This document shows, piece by piece, positions 10,073 through 23,204 of a stretch of 34,801 nt of DNA. Made by a program: the position numbers and the translations under genes. The stretch lies in contig NOWV01000239.1 in NCBI GenBank assembly GCA_003344405.1, positions 62,001-96,801 of the forward strand, read 5' to 3'. Below the pieces are notes generated by a model. It had not been told where the DNA came from, did not search any database, and saw only the letters and a program-made list of their open reading frames with translations. Within the stretch, counting starts at the first letter, position 1. The number at the start of each line of letters is the position of its first letter. The stretch comes from Trichoplax sp. H2. Its lineage: Eukaryota.

Positions 10073-13000
10073 ACCATACAAAATGACACCATAAGTGATT
10101 CTAACCAAATTATCCAAAATAAAATAATCGAACTTGTATAAATCAGAGCTGATGATACAAATAACAATGAAGGCTTATCATTTAGTGTTGTAAGAAAATT
10201 GGCTAGAAACTTTGCAAATTGATTATGCTTTTGCAAACTGACTAGGCATTTTGCAAATCGCAAAATATTTCTCTTACAAATCCTCATCTTGGTTACATAT
10301 TATGTCATTATCAAAAAGATTTTACGAATGCAATGATTTATTCCTTAATCATTCATAGTCGTAATTATGAGTAAATTGCTCCTTGTCGTCTTATGTAGGC
10401 ATCAGGTACAGTAGTATATATCGAAAGTGAATGACATTCTAAAATAATGACTACAAACAGTAACACCTAAAATTTAAAGCCTTTAAATTATGTAAATAAA
10501 ATGCGGTCAATATTAAAGCTTTCATTGTAATATGGGCAAATAAAGTATAGTCAATGTAAGTTTTAACAAGATTTAAAAGATATTGATTCGCGTCGTCATA
10601 AAGGCTTACTTTTAAAGCTCTTTCTATGGATTCTAACGTGAACTTTATTATCCATAAAAAGTGAATGAATTGATGAGGATAATAATTAAATTCCAAATTG
10701 TAGTAAAAAATCGTTTACAATAACCTATTTTGTTTGTGAGATAAAGTAGAGGTTATGTTATTTTATCATAGAATATGTATAGTACAAAGCTGACGTATAA
10801 ATTGGAGTTTTAGTCCTTAGATATTAGTTTGATTTCATTTTATTACACATAATATTTTGAAGCTAGCGCTTTCAGGTATATTTGCTATTGGCTGAATTAT
10901 CAATGTAGCAGTATCGACGAAAATAGAGAATAATGTTTTCCTAGCTTGCGTGATTAATGACAGATTTTAGTAGGCTTTAGAATTAAATTAACACCGTATT
11001 TATTAGCTCCATTCTACCAAAAACTCATCAAGCAAATAAAATGCGTAGCATTTTGATGCTTTGCCAAAAAGATTCATGATCCAGTTGTTGTAATTTGATA
11101 TTATCTACAGTATATTTTGTATTCTCTGACTTAGTACTGTTACGAATATACACGGATATCATCCTACTGTACAACATAGATAGTATAAGTTGTATAGCTG
11201 TATGGCACTTGTTATCATAAGAGAATTATATCAAGTCAGGCGATCTGACTTATCTGTAAAAAATGAATTAGTAACCGAAAGACTACATACTTATAACTCT
11301 ACACATCGTGCAATCAGCATTGCAGATTTCAAAGATTCTACCGTCAAGAGACACACTCTAAGCAGCGAAGTTCTTGAGATATCTGTTGTGGAGAATATTA
11401 GTGGTACATAACCTCTTACATTGCTAAGAGTAATTCTAATTCTATTTGGATAGAAGTTAATAAACGTAACTTGTAAAGATTACATAAGTATTGCTTTATC
11501 CTTGAGTCTTTACCGGAGTATCTTGACGTCACATAGATATGTTATAGAAATATTCATCCAGGGCAACAATCACAAAAGTAGGTGGAGAATCCTAACTCAG
11601 TAAGTCTCATTAGTAGAATTTTGTCACCACATCGTAATTATTTTGTCTGAGTCAGTAAATGCACGATAGGATGCGATCACCCGTATACTCTCATCTGATC
11701 GAAAGCCACATCAATTGCTACTATAGTCCTGTATTGGAGTGAACAAATAGTCAAAAATACAGTACTGTAGTTAAATATCAACCATATTTCTGCAGACATG
11801 ATTATCTATAAAATTTTATAATCTCGAACATTAGTAAATTTAGATTGCACGACATTATAACTTATTGAAATTCTACTGCTGCTACATGACAGCTCCATGC
11901 AAAACAAATTGAATAAAATTTTGGGCTTTCACTTTATGGATCTGTAGGCAATTTGCGTTTGACGTCATATTAGTGCCTTGTCAAATTTGTGAGGATTGAA
12001 AGGCATCTATTGCTAACATAATTCAATAGCTAAAATTCAAATAATCGGACTAAAGCTTACATCTATTTCAGAATGACATGACTATAATTACACTGACAGT
12101 GTAGCCCCAAATTTACTCAAGAGTAAATTAATAAGGTCCTATAAATATATTTACGGTTAAATCTTTGATTATGAGATTAAATTTCTTTTCTTTGAAGACA
12201 TATAAAGTATGTATTGTAGTCCTTCAAAGAGACGATCATATTCGAACTTTTAGATAATGGATTGCGCTAAGGAAGCTTGCACTATGAGGAAAATCATTGT
12301 TACACATTAATCGGAAATGATGTTGTATCTATATTTATGGGATAATAAATTTAACTTGATCATGTGATTGAACTGGCAAGATATGGTAAAAATTACCTCG
12401 CAATCGAGTGTATCGAAATGTTAATAGATTATTGAAGATAGATAGATAGCCCTTGGTACTGCTGCATGAATTAAAGTCTTTTTACGAAAGTACCGTCCTA
12501 CATGAAATTTCATACTGGTTCTTGCTTGAATACTTTGAAAGCACTTTATAACTATGTACCAAAATAATTATATGCTAGCCTGTAAAGCATGAAAATTAAA
12601 AAATAAATCAGCGTGGATTTCTACCTTAATTTCATTGATATTGAAGCAACCATTTTTAATCCTAGTTTTTAAATAGTGCTAAAATTTAAGCTTCATTAAA
12701 ATATATTCTTTAATTATGACACATTACGCAATCAATTGTTTCTAAGTTCGTACTAGATAATTATCTTTAATTTACAAATCAATAACATCCTTCTATTCTG
12801 TAATAAAGAAAAGTTGCATTAATTTAAAAGAATGAGCACATATACTTATGAATGCATTAAACGAGTATGGGTTGAAGAACCCTTTAGAAACTGATTTTGA
12901 TTGAAATAAATAGAAACAGAATACTATTTTATAAAAGATAAAAATGATAAACAGTAGATGAAAACAGTTAAGAACTTGTTTTGTGCGATACGTCATCATA

Positions 13001-13664
13001 TACACAACTATTCGACATATTAATCACTTATTTCATCAACTACGTGTACATTAATTGATACATCAGATTTGAACATCTGGCAAAATACGTTACATATTAC
13101 AATAATCACTCTTAGTAAAGATAAGAAAAATACCAAGTAGGATCAGAAAAAATAGAAAATCGATCTAATACAACTTTAACTGTCGACTTTAACGTCTAGT
13201 TATTTTTTTTGCTCATTAAATTCAAATCTTATGGTAGTACGTACTAATTTACTAGTCTTTAATTTAATCCATATCAGCAAATATACATTTGGAAGGACGT
13301 AATGATATTAGATTTTTGCAAAAGAAATAAACGATACCCTAGGGACTTCTACCAAGACTTAAGGTACGCTGTTATATATCGTTAATTAGATGAAAACTGT
13401 CTAAAAATTGCATCTATCAATTCGAAATAATGTGCATAAGACGATAAACTTGATCATAATTGAAATCTTCACCATAGATCCAGTAAATTTTTCACTTGAA
13501 GGTTCCTATAAGGTTTGAATTTAGCGATTTAGTATCACAATTTCTCTGGAAGACAACATAATATAGAGAAGGCAATAAATCAGTTTAAAATCGAATGATG
13601 CTAACAGATATATGCGTCTACCATTCTTACGAATTTGTTTTTTCGAACGGGTCTTAAACACTAT

Positions 13665-14101
13665 TGTCACGACTACTCGTGTCTTCAACTGACTTAGGCG
13701 ACTTATCGTAGTTAGACTAACTCTCGACTACACAAATAAGTTGCCAACGGGTGCGAGGTTTAAGGACTTTACTTTATTAAGATAAATTCTATTAAAAGAA
13801 TCTACTAAAAAGTACGTCAGAAAACTCCTAGGAATAATGATCAAGTGGATCTAAAAATGATTAAAATGGAACTGAACAGCTAATATAGTGCTCGAGTTTA
13901 TATAGTCTCGGCCTCCGCCGATAGTGCATGTGTTAGTGTTTTAGACATAGCGACTTACACTGTATAGTATAGGAATTTAGATAGAAGAAGTTAACATAAA
14001 TCAGTATAAGTTAACGCTAATTAACAATAATATTTATTTGTACCAATTAGAGCGTCAAGGCTCAGCTTTTTTCAGCTATTTCGAAGCTTGGCTCCGTAAC
14101 A
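13665..14101. mobile_element. Putative solo LTR, family F (437 bp), 100 bp upstream of paralogue 3
   Basis: TGTCACG...CGTAACA (6/7 inverted match), flanks ACTAT/ACCAT (4/5); single copy in the window. Confidence 0.45.
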
Positions 14102-14200
14102 ACCATATATACAGATTCCAAAAATTCTAACTCATAGAAATTCATTACTATTTCATTAAAAAGCCATCCAATTAGTTTACAAAGTTCCGCTATCTTAGTG

Positions 14201-15296
14201 ATGATTCAAAATTGCACATTAGCAAATTTGACCAATGCAGAATCGCCTAACGATTCGCGGAATTGGTTTATGTACTATCATCTGTATAAAACTCTATTTG
14301 CTGTTGCTATCGCGGCTTCATTATCTTTCATGAACTTAACAATACTACTACTTATCCTAACGCGAAAAAGGTTAAAAATCTTATCCAATGTGTTATTTTG
14401 TAATAGCTATTGCAGTAACAGTGTCTTCGCGCTAATGGTAATCGCTCTCTGTATTATTAACAATTTCATTTCTAAACTGAGGCAGATACAAATTATTGGC
14501 TGTGCGTTCGATGCTCCAACTCAAATTACATTAGGTTGTATTTTCAATACCCATATTTCTCTTACGGCTTGCGAGCGGTGCTTTTCAGTTATTTATCTCT
14601 TTAAATATCAACGTCTAGCAACAAAGATAAATATTTTTATAATTTTATTCTTAGTATTGACTTTACCTATAGGATTTATTTATATGGTGGCTATGTTACG
14701 GTCATTCTAACAATCATTCCTAAGAATGGTCGATTATTCCCAGGAATGGGCGGTCATTCTTAGGAATGATTGTGGTCGTAGCTTTGGCTGTGACCAATCT
14801 TAAGGACAAAATCATTCTTAGGAATGGTCGTAAGAGCTATACTAAGTTCACAGCTATATTTCGAAAACTGTACTGGCTGGTATGATATGCAGGGCACATA
14901 CATACATATTGAGCTTGTCGCACCTTACTTAATGTTTCTTTTTCCCATCAACTCTACGGTTGCTGCATATATTATTATTTATAAAGTTCATTCTATATGG
15001 TCTAAAGTATTTCCTAAGTTAAGTGCTATAAGAGTCGGATATGGTACCAATAGAACTGACGTGATGTTAAGAAGCCAAAAAGGAATACTACAAAGGGCAA
15101 CGTTTATAAGCATATATTTAATTTGCTGTTTACCACTATTTACTCTTTTCGTGAAAATAATACCTTCATATTTTAAGCATTTTGCTCTCTGGTACTACAT
15201 CGCATATTATTGGCAAATATGTACTTTTTCATTCATCCAGTATTAGTAGTTTATTTCACACGTCCAATAAAGGAAGAAATCATTAAACTATTTTAA
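14201..15296 (+). pseudogene. GPCR paralogue 3, disrupted by a 142-bp insertion (14694-14835) and a 1-bp deletion near 15210
   Basis: ORFs 14198-14710 and 14824-15246 are the two halves of one paralogue (first ATG 14201). Removing the insert plus one GCTA restores 'YMVAILSSQLYFENCTGW'. After ~15210 another frame reads 'ANMYFFIHPVLVVYFTRPIKEEIIKLF*'. Confidence 0.88.
14694..14835. mobile_element. 142-bp MITE-like palindromic insertion with a 4-bp TSD
   Basis: TSD GCTA at 14690-14693 and 14836-14839; ends TGTTACG...CGTAAGA; ~26-bp imperfect TIRs; at least 4 copies of the near-palindrome CATTCCTAAGAATG/CATTCTTAGGAATG; the empty site can be reconstructed from paralogues. Confidence 0.88.
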
Positions 15297-16738
15297 AAGG
15301 ACAAGAAAAATAACAACTTTCGACGTGGTATAGTAAACAATAGACCATCATAGAGCGAGAAATTACCCAGTACTGAGTTCAATTTTGTACATGACAAAAT
15401 CTTCAGAAAGCTATTCTAACAAGGTAGTCTTCCATTTGCTGAAACTATCGCCTTAAGTTTGATTTTGTATATGTGTAGTTATACTTGATGCACTGCCAAT
15501 AGCTAGAAACTTTAGACTGAATAAAATTTTAAGCTTTACCAATTATCCGAAGGTATCATACTTAAGCAATATAAAATTAACTTAAATATGAGTAAATCGA
15601 CTTTCGAACAATAATTTCCATACATAAGGAACAACTATATAACAACTCTCCTATCATAATTAAAAACACAAAAATTGCCTTATTAAATAAAGCCCTCAGT
15701 TACATTACATTTTCGTAATGCATATATTATTTAGTAAAATTTATGATTATCTGATAATATTAAAGCATTAAGTTTTACTGCTTAGTCTAATGAAAAAGTA
15801 AATAATGATGGTATTTCCCAATGGAAAATGTAAGGTAACTTTTTTTGTGTTATCAAGAAGGATATAAGTTATCGATAATTTCTGATCATACTTTCAAACA
15901 ATAAAATGGAGGTACCTGTTTCAGGGATAATGGTTTCCATTAATGTATCCGATTATAGAAAAGATAATTGAGATACGAGTAGATATTTCCATCCTTATCT
16001 TTCTATTTCCTCAAAATAGTAAAGCATTATTCTAGCGATAACTTGAATGCAAGATAAGATTATCAAGACTAGAAATAGTCGCTTCTATCTGATAACATTA
16101 CTTAAGGATTGAATGGTTCATAAGTTTAATGTCCTATTTTAAATTTGAAGTTACAGAAATTTTTTAACGTTAAATATGTTTCTTCTTTTATACATTATCT
16201 GTTCATAGCAGAATGTATAATCGCAATTCGAATAGCTTTACATGCCTTAATCTTTCAATAGTAGTGCTAGAACAACATTAAGCTTTCAAAAATAATCCAT
16301 TCTCAAAATTTTATATTAGACACATCTAGCTCTAAAGCTTCTAAATCAATTGAATTTTTTAAATAATTTATTTGTTCTACCATCTTCAAATTACAATCTG
16401 TGTTAATGTTATAATGGCGGCTTATTCTAGGTTGAAGCAAAAGGCAAAAATAGTGGTGGATTCAATTATCTTGCCATATGTCTACGATACACCATAATAT
16501 TCTATTTACTGCACGGAATAATATCGAATCTGTGCGACCTAATCTTTAGCATATAGGGCGCCCATTTCAGCTAAGATATTCTTAGATTACAGATAGCAAG
16601 AAAATATAAGCGATTTCGGAGTTATCAACTAAAATATTTTTCCTGTTTTGTTCTTATGAAAAGGTTTATTAGGAGGATTGCAAATCTCAAAATTTAGTAT
16701 AGCGACTGGCCCAATATGAGAGACAAATTTAGTACAAT

Positions 16739-17710
16739 ATACTATTCAGAGCTAAAATCCGTAGAATGGCGACAATGAATTGACTGATTGCCCCTATTGA
16801 ATGAGTTTAAATAGCACATTTTATTGCACTTTATTATTTTCATCCAATATGTATAATAAGTAATTATAATAATCGAAATTCTAACGAAACATCACTATCA
16901 GCTCAAGTTCTGACTATAGTTTAAACTGAAATATCTGTATCCATGTTCTTATTTAATGCGATCCTATAGTATACTACGGTAGGAAATATCTCTGATATGA
17001 AACAGGCATGCCCTTACAATTTTCTAAAAACACATTCCAGTTTTTNNNNNNNNNNNNNNNNNNNNAACTGTACGAGTATAGACTACATTAAAGTACTTTA
17101 TCGTCATGTTATAAATCCCCTTTCTCTAAGGATAGGGTTTTGCTACTAAGTCAAATTTCTTTACAATTTGAATAGACGATCAAACGCCCTTTCTTTAGAT
17201 TAGGCATTTGCTCTATATGGCTACTTCTATAGTAATCTATATAATACCTTGTAAAATAATGAAGAAGAAAAGATGGCGACATGATGATTTGGCAGGGTAA
17301 AACTTAAAGATACTATCACTTTCTAGGTATTTTCTATAGTAAAATAATACTAATTACATACAAAAAAAACTACAAAGGACTCTACTTTTAGTCCTTTTAC
17401 TACATACTGTTCAGAGCTAAAATCCGTAGAATGACGACAATGAATTGACTAATTGCCCCTATTGAATAAGTTTAAATAGCACATTTTATTGCACTTTATT
17501 ATTTTCATCCAATATGTATAATAAGTAATTATAATAATCGAAATTCTAACGAAACATCACTATCAGCTCAAGTTCTGACTGTAGTTTAAACTGAAATATC
17601 TGTATCCATGTTCTTATTTAATGCGATCCTATAGTATACTACGGTAGGAAATATCTCTGATATGAAACAGGCATGCCCTTACAATTTTCTAAAAACACAT
17701 TCCAGTTTTT
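16739..17710. repeat. ~307-bp direct duplication (16739-17045 and 17404-17710) around an assembly gap
   Basis: About 5 substitutions, all transitions; the first copy ends exactly at the N run. Confidence 0.9.
17046..17065. other. Assembly gap (20 N)
   Basis: Run of N. Confidence 0.99.
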
Positions 17711-19131
17711 ATACTTTGGATAAATAACATGTTACAAGCTGTAGTCTGTATTAGGTAGTTGAAATTTTATAGTGTTATATGGCTATCATAGTACTATGCA
17801 TTGATATAATCATAAATACTCAATCGTTGTAAAAACGTTAATCACTTCGGCGGTTCTAACTCTCACATGTTTAGCCCAGCCTTGTAACACGCGTAATCGC
17901 CGCTTAAACAACCTCTTCTACTTACATCGCCAATATTATCCTTTTCTCTGTTTCCTACATCATTACTACCCTAATACTATCATAGCTACAGCAGATTTAT
18001 CTACAGAATTAGTAGATCTTAAAACTTAAAACACTAAGTAATGATCCCTGTAGTAATTTTTTTCATGATATTTATTGAAAATTGCGATTCATAACCGAAA
18101 AATTGTTATTTTCACACTTAATCTAACAATTAAGACATTGTAAATATGCCCTATCAATTCCTTTTAAGCATTTAGCATAAAGTCAATTCACTTAAGTATG
18201 TAATCTACAACTTGGTAAGATATATTTCTTATACAATAGAATAAGATATATATTTTGAACGAACGCCAGCTACTTGAAAATCTTATACAGGTCAATGTAT
18301 GGACAAATAGAATAAGACAATCATTCACCGATTTGCTCTTAGTAATTCATTTTAAAACCTTATTTGCACATTAGAGTTTAATAGAAAACACTGAATTAAG
18401 TTTAGTAAACAATTCCTTTTATATTTAATTTAGAATTTGCTAGTCTGCGTCACAATTATGATGTAAATAATTCATGGAATACTATCATTTACATCATCAA
18501 ATTTTTATTCTCCTAAATATCGAGTTCAAAACATCTGGCTCTTAACAAAATATTATTGAAAAATTTATTGAGCCATTCAAAATGAAGCCAAACAGAAAAC
18601 AATCAAATTTATAAATTCTTAGCCGAAATTGCCCATAATTAACTTTAATTATTGTAATACTTACAATAAGATCGAATTTTATTTTTAATTTATTTATCTT
18701 CAATTCTCTTAATGAATATAAAATGATATAATAAAATAGTGATATTATGCTTATTTGGTCAATGTAAATAATGTCAGGCGCTTATAGGATATGGCATTTA
18801 TAACTGTTAATTAAAAAATAAAATTAAATCTTAAAATAGTTTTCACTATTCTAATTTTCAATGTATTATAGATATCGTTGAAGCTACCTTACATGAACAC
18901 CGTACAATATGCATAGATATGTATCTGGCTATAAGCTGTTTGCCTGAATTTTAATATCGAAAAAAGAAGTTACCACGTTCTTATATAATCGAACAGTCCA
19001 TATTACTAGCGATTTTCCTGGATAGACGGTCTAAATTTAGCGCTATTCTTGATCTGACAGTTGATCATAACCTACGAAAAGTTATGATGTACATGATTTA
19101 CTTAAAGTACACACTCCTCTAATTTATCATT

Positions 19132-20199
19132 ATGAATTATACAGCAACAAATTTACCTGAGATCAAGCCGTGTAATTCTTGCAACGGATCAAGTTACAAC
19201 TGGACTTTAGGTGATTATCTGCATCTACCTTTATTCGTTACTGGCATCGCTGCATTAGTATGCCTAGCAAATTTGGTAGTATTACTATTGGTTCTTACTC
19301 AAAAGAAATTGAGAATTTTATCCAATGCAGTATTATGCAGTAGTTGCTGTGGCGGAATTATTATCGGATTATCTGTACTTTTGATTTCTTTTATAACAAA
19401 TTTTGTTGCCGAGCCAAGACAATCTATAATTCTTAGCTGTACATTCGATATTCCATTCCAAACTGCAATTTTTTGCATTTTTAGCATGCACACTGCTCTC
19501 ATGGCTTGCGAAAGATGCTTTTCAATAATTTATCCATTTAAATATCAACGTCTGGCTACAAAAAGGAATTTTTTCATAATTCTTCTAATCGCTTGGATCA
19601 TACCGATTGGGTTAATATATATTTTACCGTTAGTTAGTTCACAAATATATAATGGAAATTGTACTGGATGGGTTTACATGACGAGCTTATATACATTTGT
19701 CGGATATATCATGCCAAGTCTAGTAGCTGCTATTCCTATCATTTTTACTCTAGCAGGATATATTATTATTTTAACCAAGATCTACTCAATACAGCGTAAA
19801 GTATTCCACCGTATCAGTAGTGTAGATATGAATCCTTACCCAAAGTCTGTCAAATTGATGTTAAAAAATAAGAAAGCAATTTTCCAAATGATACTTTTTC
19901 TGAGTATTTACATTGCTTTCGTACTTCCATTTTTCCTGTTTCATACGGAAATCGTGCCTTATACAGTTGAATACTATTATGATGGATATGGTATAACATA
20001 TTACGTAGTAATAGCTTACTTTTTTATTTATCCAATGTTAGTAGTTTTCTTTACTGCTTCTGTTAAGGAAGAAATTACTAAGGTATGCAAGATATACTTT
20101 ACTTGTGGCCATCTTTCACGTCGATTTCGCAATCGACGAAAAACTACTCAGATAAATAGTAATATGACAAGGATGAGTCAAGAGAAAATTGAAAAGTGA
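19132..20199 (+). CDS. Intronless class A GPCR, paralogue 4 (355 aa)
   Basis: 7 TM segments; 'ACERCFSIIYPFKYQRLATKRN', 'NCTGW', 'YPML..FFTASVKEEI'; N-terminal sequons NYT, NGS, NWT. Confidence 0.93.
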   Translation: MNYTATNLPEIKPCNSCNGSSYNWTLGDYLHLPLFVTGIAALVCLANLVVLLLVLTQKKLRILSNAVLCSSCCGGIIIGLSVLLISFITNFVAEPRQSIILSCTFDIPFQTAIFCIFSMHTALMACERCFSIIYPFKYQRLATKRNFFIILLIAWIIPIGLIYILPLVSSQIYNGNCTGWVYMTSLYTFVGYIMPSLVAAIPIIFTLAGYIIILTKIYSIQRKVFHRISSVDMNPYPKSVKLMLKNKKAIFQMILFLSIYIAFVLPFFLFHTEIVPYTVEYYYDGYGITYYVVIAYFFIYPMLVVFFTASVKEEITKVCKIYFTCGHLSRRFRNRRKTTQINSNMTRMSQEKIEK

Positions 20200-20902
20200 A
20201 TGGATCATTTAAAAGTCAGAAATACAGACTTTTTTTGATTCAAATGTCCTAACGCACGCATCACTTTTACTATTATGATCATTTAATTTTCAAAGTACCA
20301 ATCTAATCACACTCGAACACTTTCACTTTAATCACTGACTGTGTGGAAAATACGAAGTGAAAGTGAATCATCTGCTTCAATTTACTATCATTAATTTCTT
20401 CGATTGATGAAAGAGACTCAGTGTAAAAATTATTAGACAGGAACAACTTATTAAATTGTATTAAGGAAGAAATTAAAAACTTATTTCTTATCATTTAAAT
20501 CCTCTGTTGTATCAAATATAGCGTCATGAACCACAAACCTAATTAAGGAAGCTTGGACGTACGTTTCCTTCATTGAAACAAACAAAAAATAAAATCATTA
20601 AGTCAAGGCCTATTTATGCTATGTTAAAGCTCATATATAAAGCCGTATTTGCTTTAATTAAATATTATGGGACTTATAACTCATGAACTTCGTGTAATTT
20701 TCATTAATTTCCATCATGATATTGTTACCATTATAAATCCAAATTTGCTACCACAGTTCAAGTTGGGATATACGACTTGAGTATCAAATAAAGTAGAATA
20801 ATTATAATTATTAACATCAGAATCTTATGATACGGTGCGATAAAGTTCATTCACAAAAATTCCAAAGTTGTAGAAAATCAAAACTTGATTAGATCTAACA
20901 TA

Positions 20903-21310
20903 AAGACTAGCTGCATACAGCTCTACGCTAGCCGAATACAACTACTGAAAGACTTCTAGAAAGAACAATCAGATAATCTAATGTCTCTTGCTTTTATACT
21001 CTCCGTTGCCTTCGCAGCTACAATCAGCATTTATTTTTGGTAATCATTATTTCTACCACTCAAAGCACAATGTACTAAGCTTATCTTGATATATGATGTA
21101 CAATTCTATTTCTACCTCTTACCTTAATAGTAGCTTAATACCTCACTGCATATACTCATCTGTACTCTAGCATAGAGTCTATCCTTACAGTCTATAATTA
21201 AGGGCTACTAAATATATCGTAAGATAAATATAGAAAGTCACTACCATACATCATACTAAACATGGCTAATAGTCTACAATCAAAACACTAAGTTGCTTTA
21301 CAAACGATAA
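20903..21310. repeat. Dispersed repeat D, copy 2
   Basis: Matches ~3325-3780 with internal indels. Confidence 0.7.
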
Positions 21311-21624
21311 GGCTAAAAATTTCAAAATTTTTAATTGCCAATAGCGATTAGATTTGGCAATAATACTCACTGATTGTATAGCACTGAACAAGAAAGAGTA
21401 AGGTACCTACATGAAATTTATGATATTTCTTCTGAAGGTATGATAAATCTACTCCTAAAGTAAATATTTACGCTTGGTTTACTTTTAAGTGCCTGCAACA
21501 TAACCACAGTATCACATGATATCATTCCTATATTTCCATTCTTCGTGTGGATTAGTCAATTTAATACTTGGAATAATTTTAATATTTCATTTTGAATCAG
21601 CTTTAATGATTCATCTTCAAATAT

Positions 21625-21995
21625 TATAAATGATAGTACAATTAGAAAATTTAGGAGAGAGAGTGGAAGAAGATTCTTTTGAAGAACTTGTTGAATTTAA
21701 AAGGCCTTCGGGGTCGAATTGTCATAAGTTAAAACGTTCTTCTTTTTGAAAGGTTGTTTGGTCGTTGACAGTTTTTATGTCTGTCACTTATTTTATTAAT
21801 ACTTAAAGGTAAGTATTTGTAAGGTAGTTTGGTTTATACTTCTCTCCATTTTTTTGTAATTAATTGTTGTTCGATTATTTCCCCAAATTTTATTTGGTGT
21901 CAAAGCCTCGTTAAGTCGACCGGAGTGCAACGAAAGTAGAATCAAAGTTTATTAAAGTTTTGTAGCTTGATCTCTACACTTTTCATTTCATTACA
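21625..21995. mobile_element. Truncated family C element abutting the GPCR remnant
   Basis: Inverted high-identity match to 34165-34543; terminus ...TTTCATTACA at 21995; the other end is missing. Confidence 0.78.
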
Positions 21996-22384
21996 CAACA
22001 TATGCTACAATCAAATGGAAAGTTTACACTATGCAGCGTAAAATTCGATCGGAAACAAATGATAGACTGAGTTACAACCATTTTGCAGTGCTTACTGTAA
22101 TGCTACAGCATAAAAAAGCTATATACCAAATGTTGTTACTATTAACAGTGTATGCGCTCTGCTTTTTCCCTTTCTTTATTTTGACTAGAATCCTACAAGA
22201 TAACTGGAGAAACATTTATTTAATTGAAGTAGCAACAACTTCTTTCCATGCCTTATCTATTTATCTATCACTTCATCCTGTATTGGTTATTTATTTCAAT
22301 GCTCTTATTAAAAACTATGTTTAGACGATACTGCAACAATTTCGTTTAACATTGCGGTGTAGAACAATAACGAGACTATACTAG
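21996..22384 (+). pseudogene. GPCR paralogue 5 remnant (end of TM5 to C-terminus only)
   Basis: Reads 'TYATIKWKVYTMQRKI...KKAIYQMLLLLTVYALCFFP...LHPVLVIYFNALIKNYV*TILQQF', matching paralogue 1 'CYAIIVWKIFSMQRKI'. Homology begins abruptly at the family C repeat terminus (21995). TAG at 22322 is probably premature. Confidence 0.85.
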
Positions 22385-23204
22385 TATTTTTTCGTCAAAT
22401 AAATTTAAATGGTCTGTTCCGAATTATCATATCAATTTAAGTGATCCAGTGCACACAACATGATTGCCCGTAGCGAAGTACAAAATCGCAAGGCAAGCTT
22501 AAACGTAATAAACTAGGAAGTAAGGAAACGATTAGCTTTCCGATCTAGTGAAACTTTCCAAAAAAATAAATTCTTTTTGGTATTTGTGTTGACTACGATA
22601 TGATAACAAGGATGTTATATATCACGATGTTAGATAAGATGCACGCATTCATACCGGTGAAAGGGTTTATAAGTAAATGTTTGTATTTCTTCCAGGATTC
22701 ACACAAAATAAAGCAAAAATAAAATCGATTTTATCCACGGTAAGAAAAGGTCTGAACTATATCTGTTGTAGGCTCAGCACAACTTTAGCACGCTTCCGTA
22801 ACAATCCAATTTGAGTAACAATAAACTTAGAGTATGTCGCATTAATCATTGCTTACTTGAAGTACTACTAGTAATACTTCTGCAAACACTAATGCATTGA
22901 AAGGACACTGCAGTTTGATAACCATAATCAACTTAATGGATTAGAAGCGTAGAAGATCTTAAGTTATTAATTTGCGTTTATATTCTATTAAGGTTAATCT
23001 TAACAGCTGCTTGGTTTTTCTTCAATATTTCAATTAATTGCTATCAAGTAAATATTTCACATTTGTCTCCTAAATTTTCAGTTGTACTCTATTTGGAAGT
23101 GATAATTTCACTTTTTTCGTTTGAGTACCGAAATTACTTGTTTTTTTCCTGTATAACTACTGATCATAGGCGTGCAGCACTTCAGGTTAATTAAAATTAA
23201 CGAT

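Noticed and set aside
11190..11720. Possible decayed Pif1/Helitron-like helicase fragment on the minus strand ('PPTFVIVALDEY', 'VRSPDLI')
   Set aside because: The resemblance is faint, diagnostic motifs such as TIHKSQG are absent, and there are many stops; it needs a TBLASTN/HMM search.
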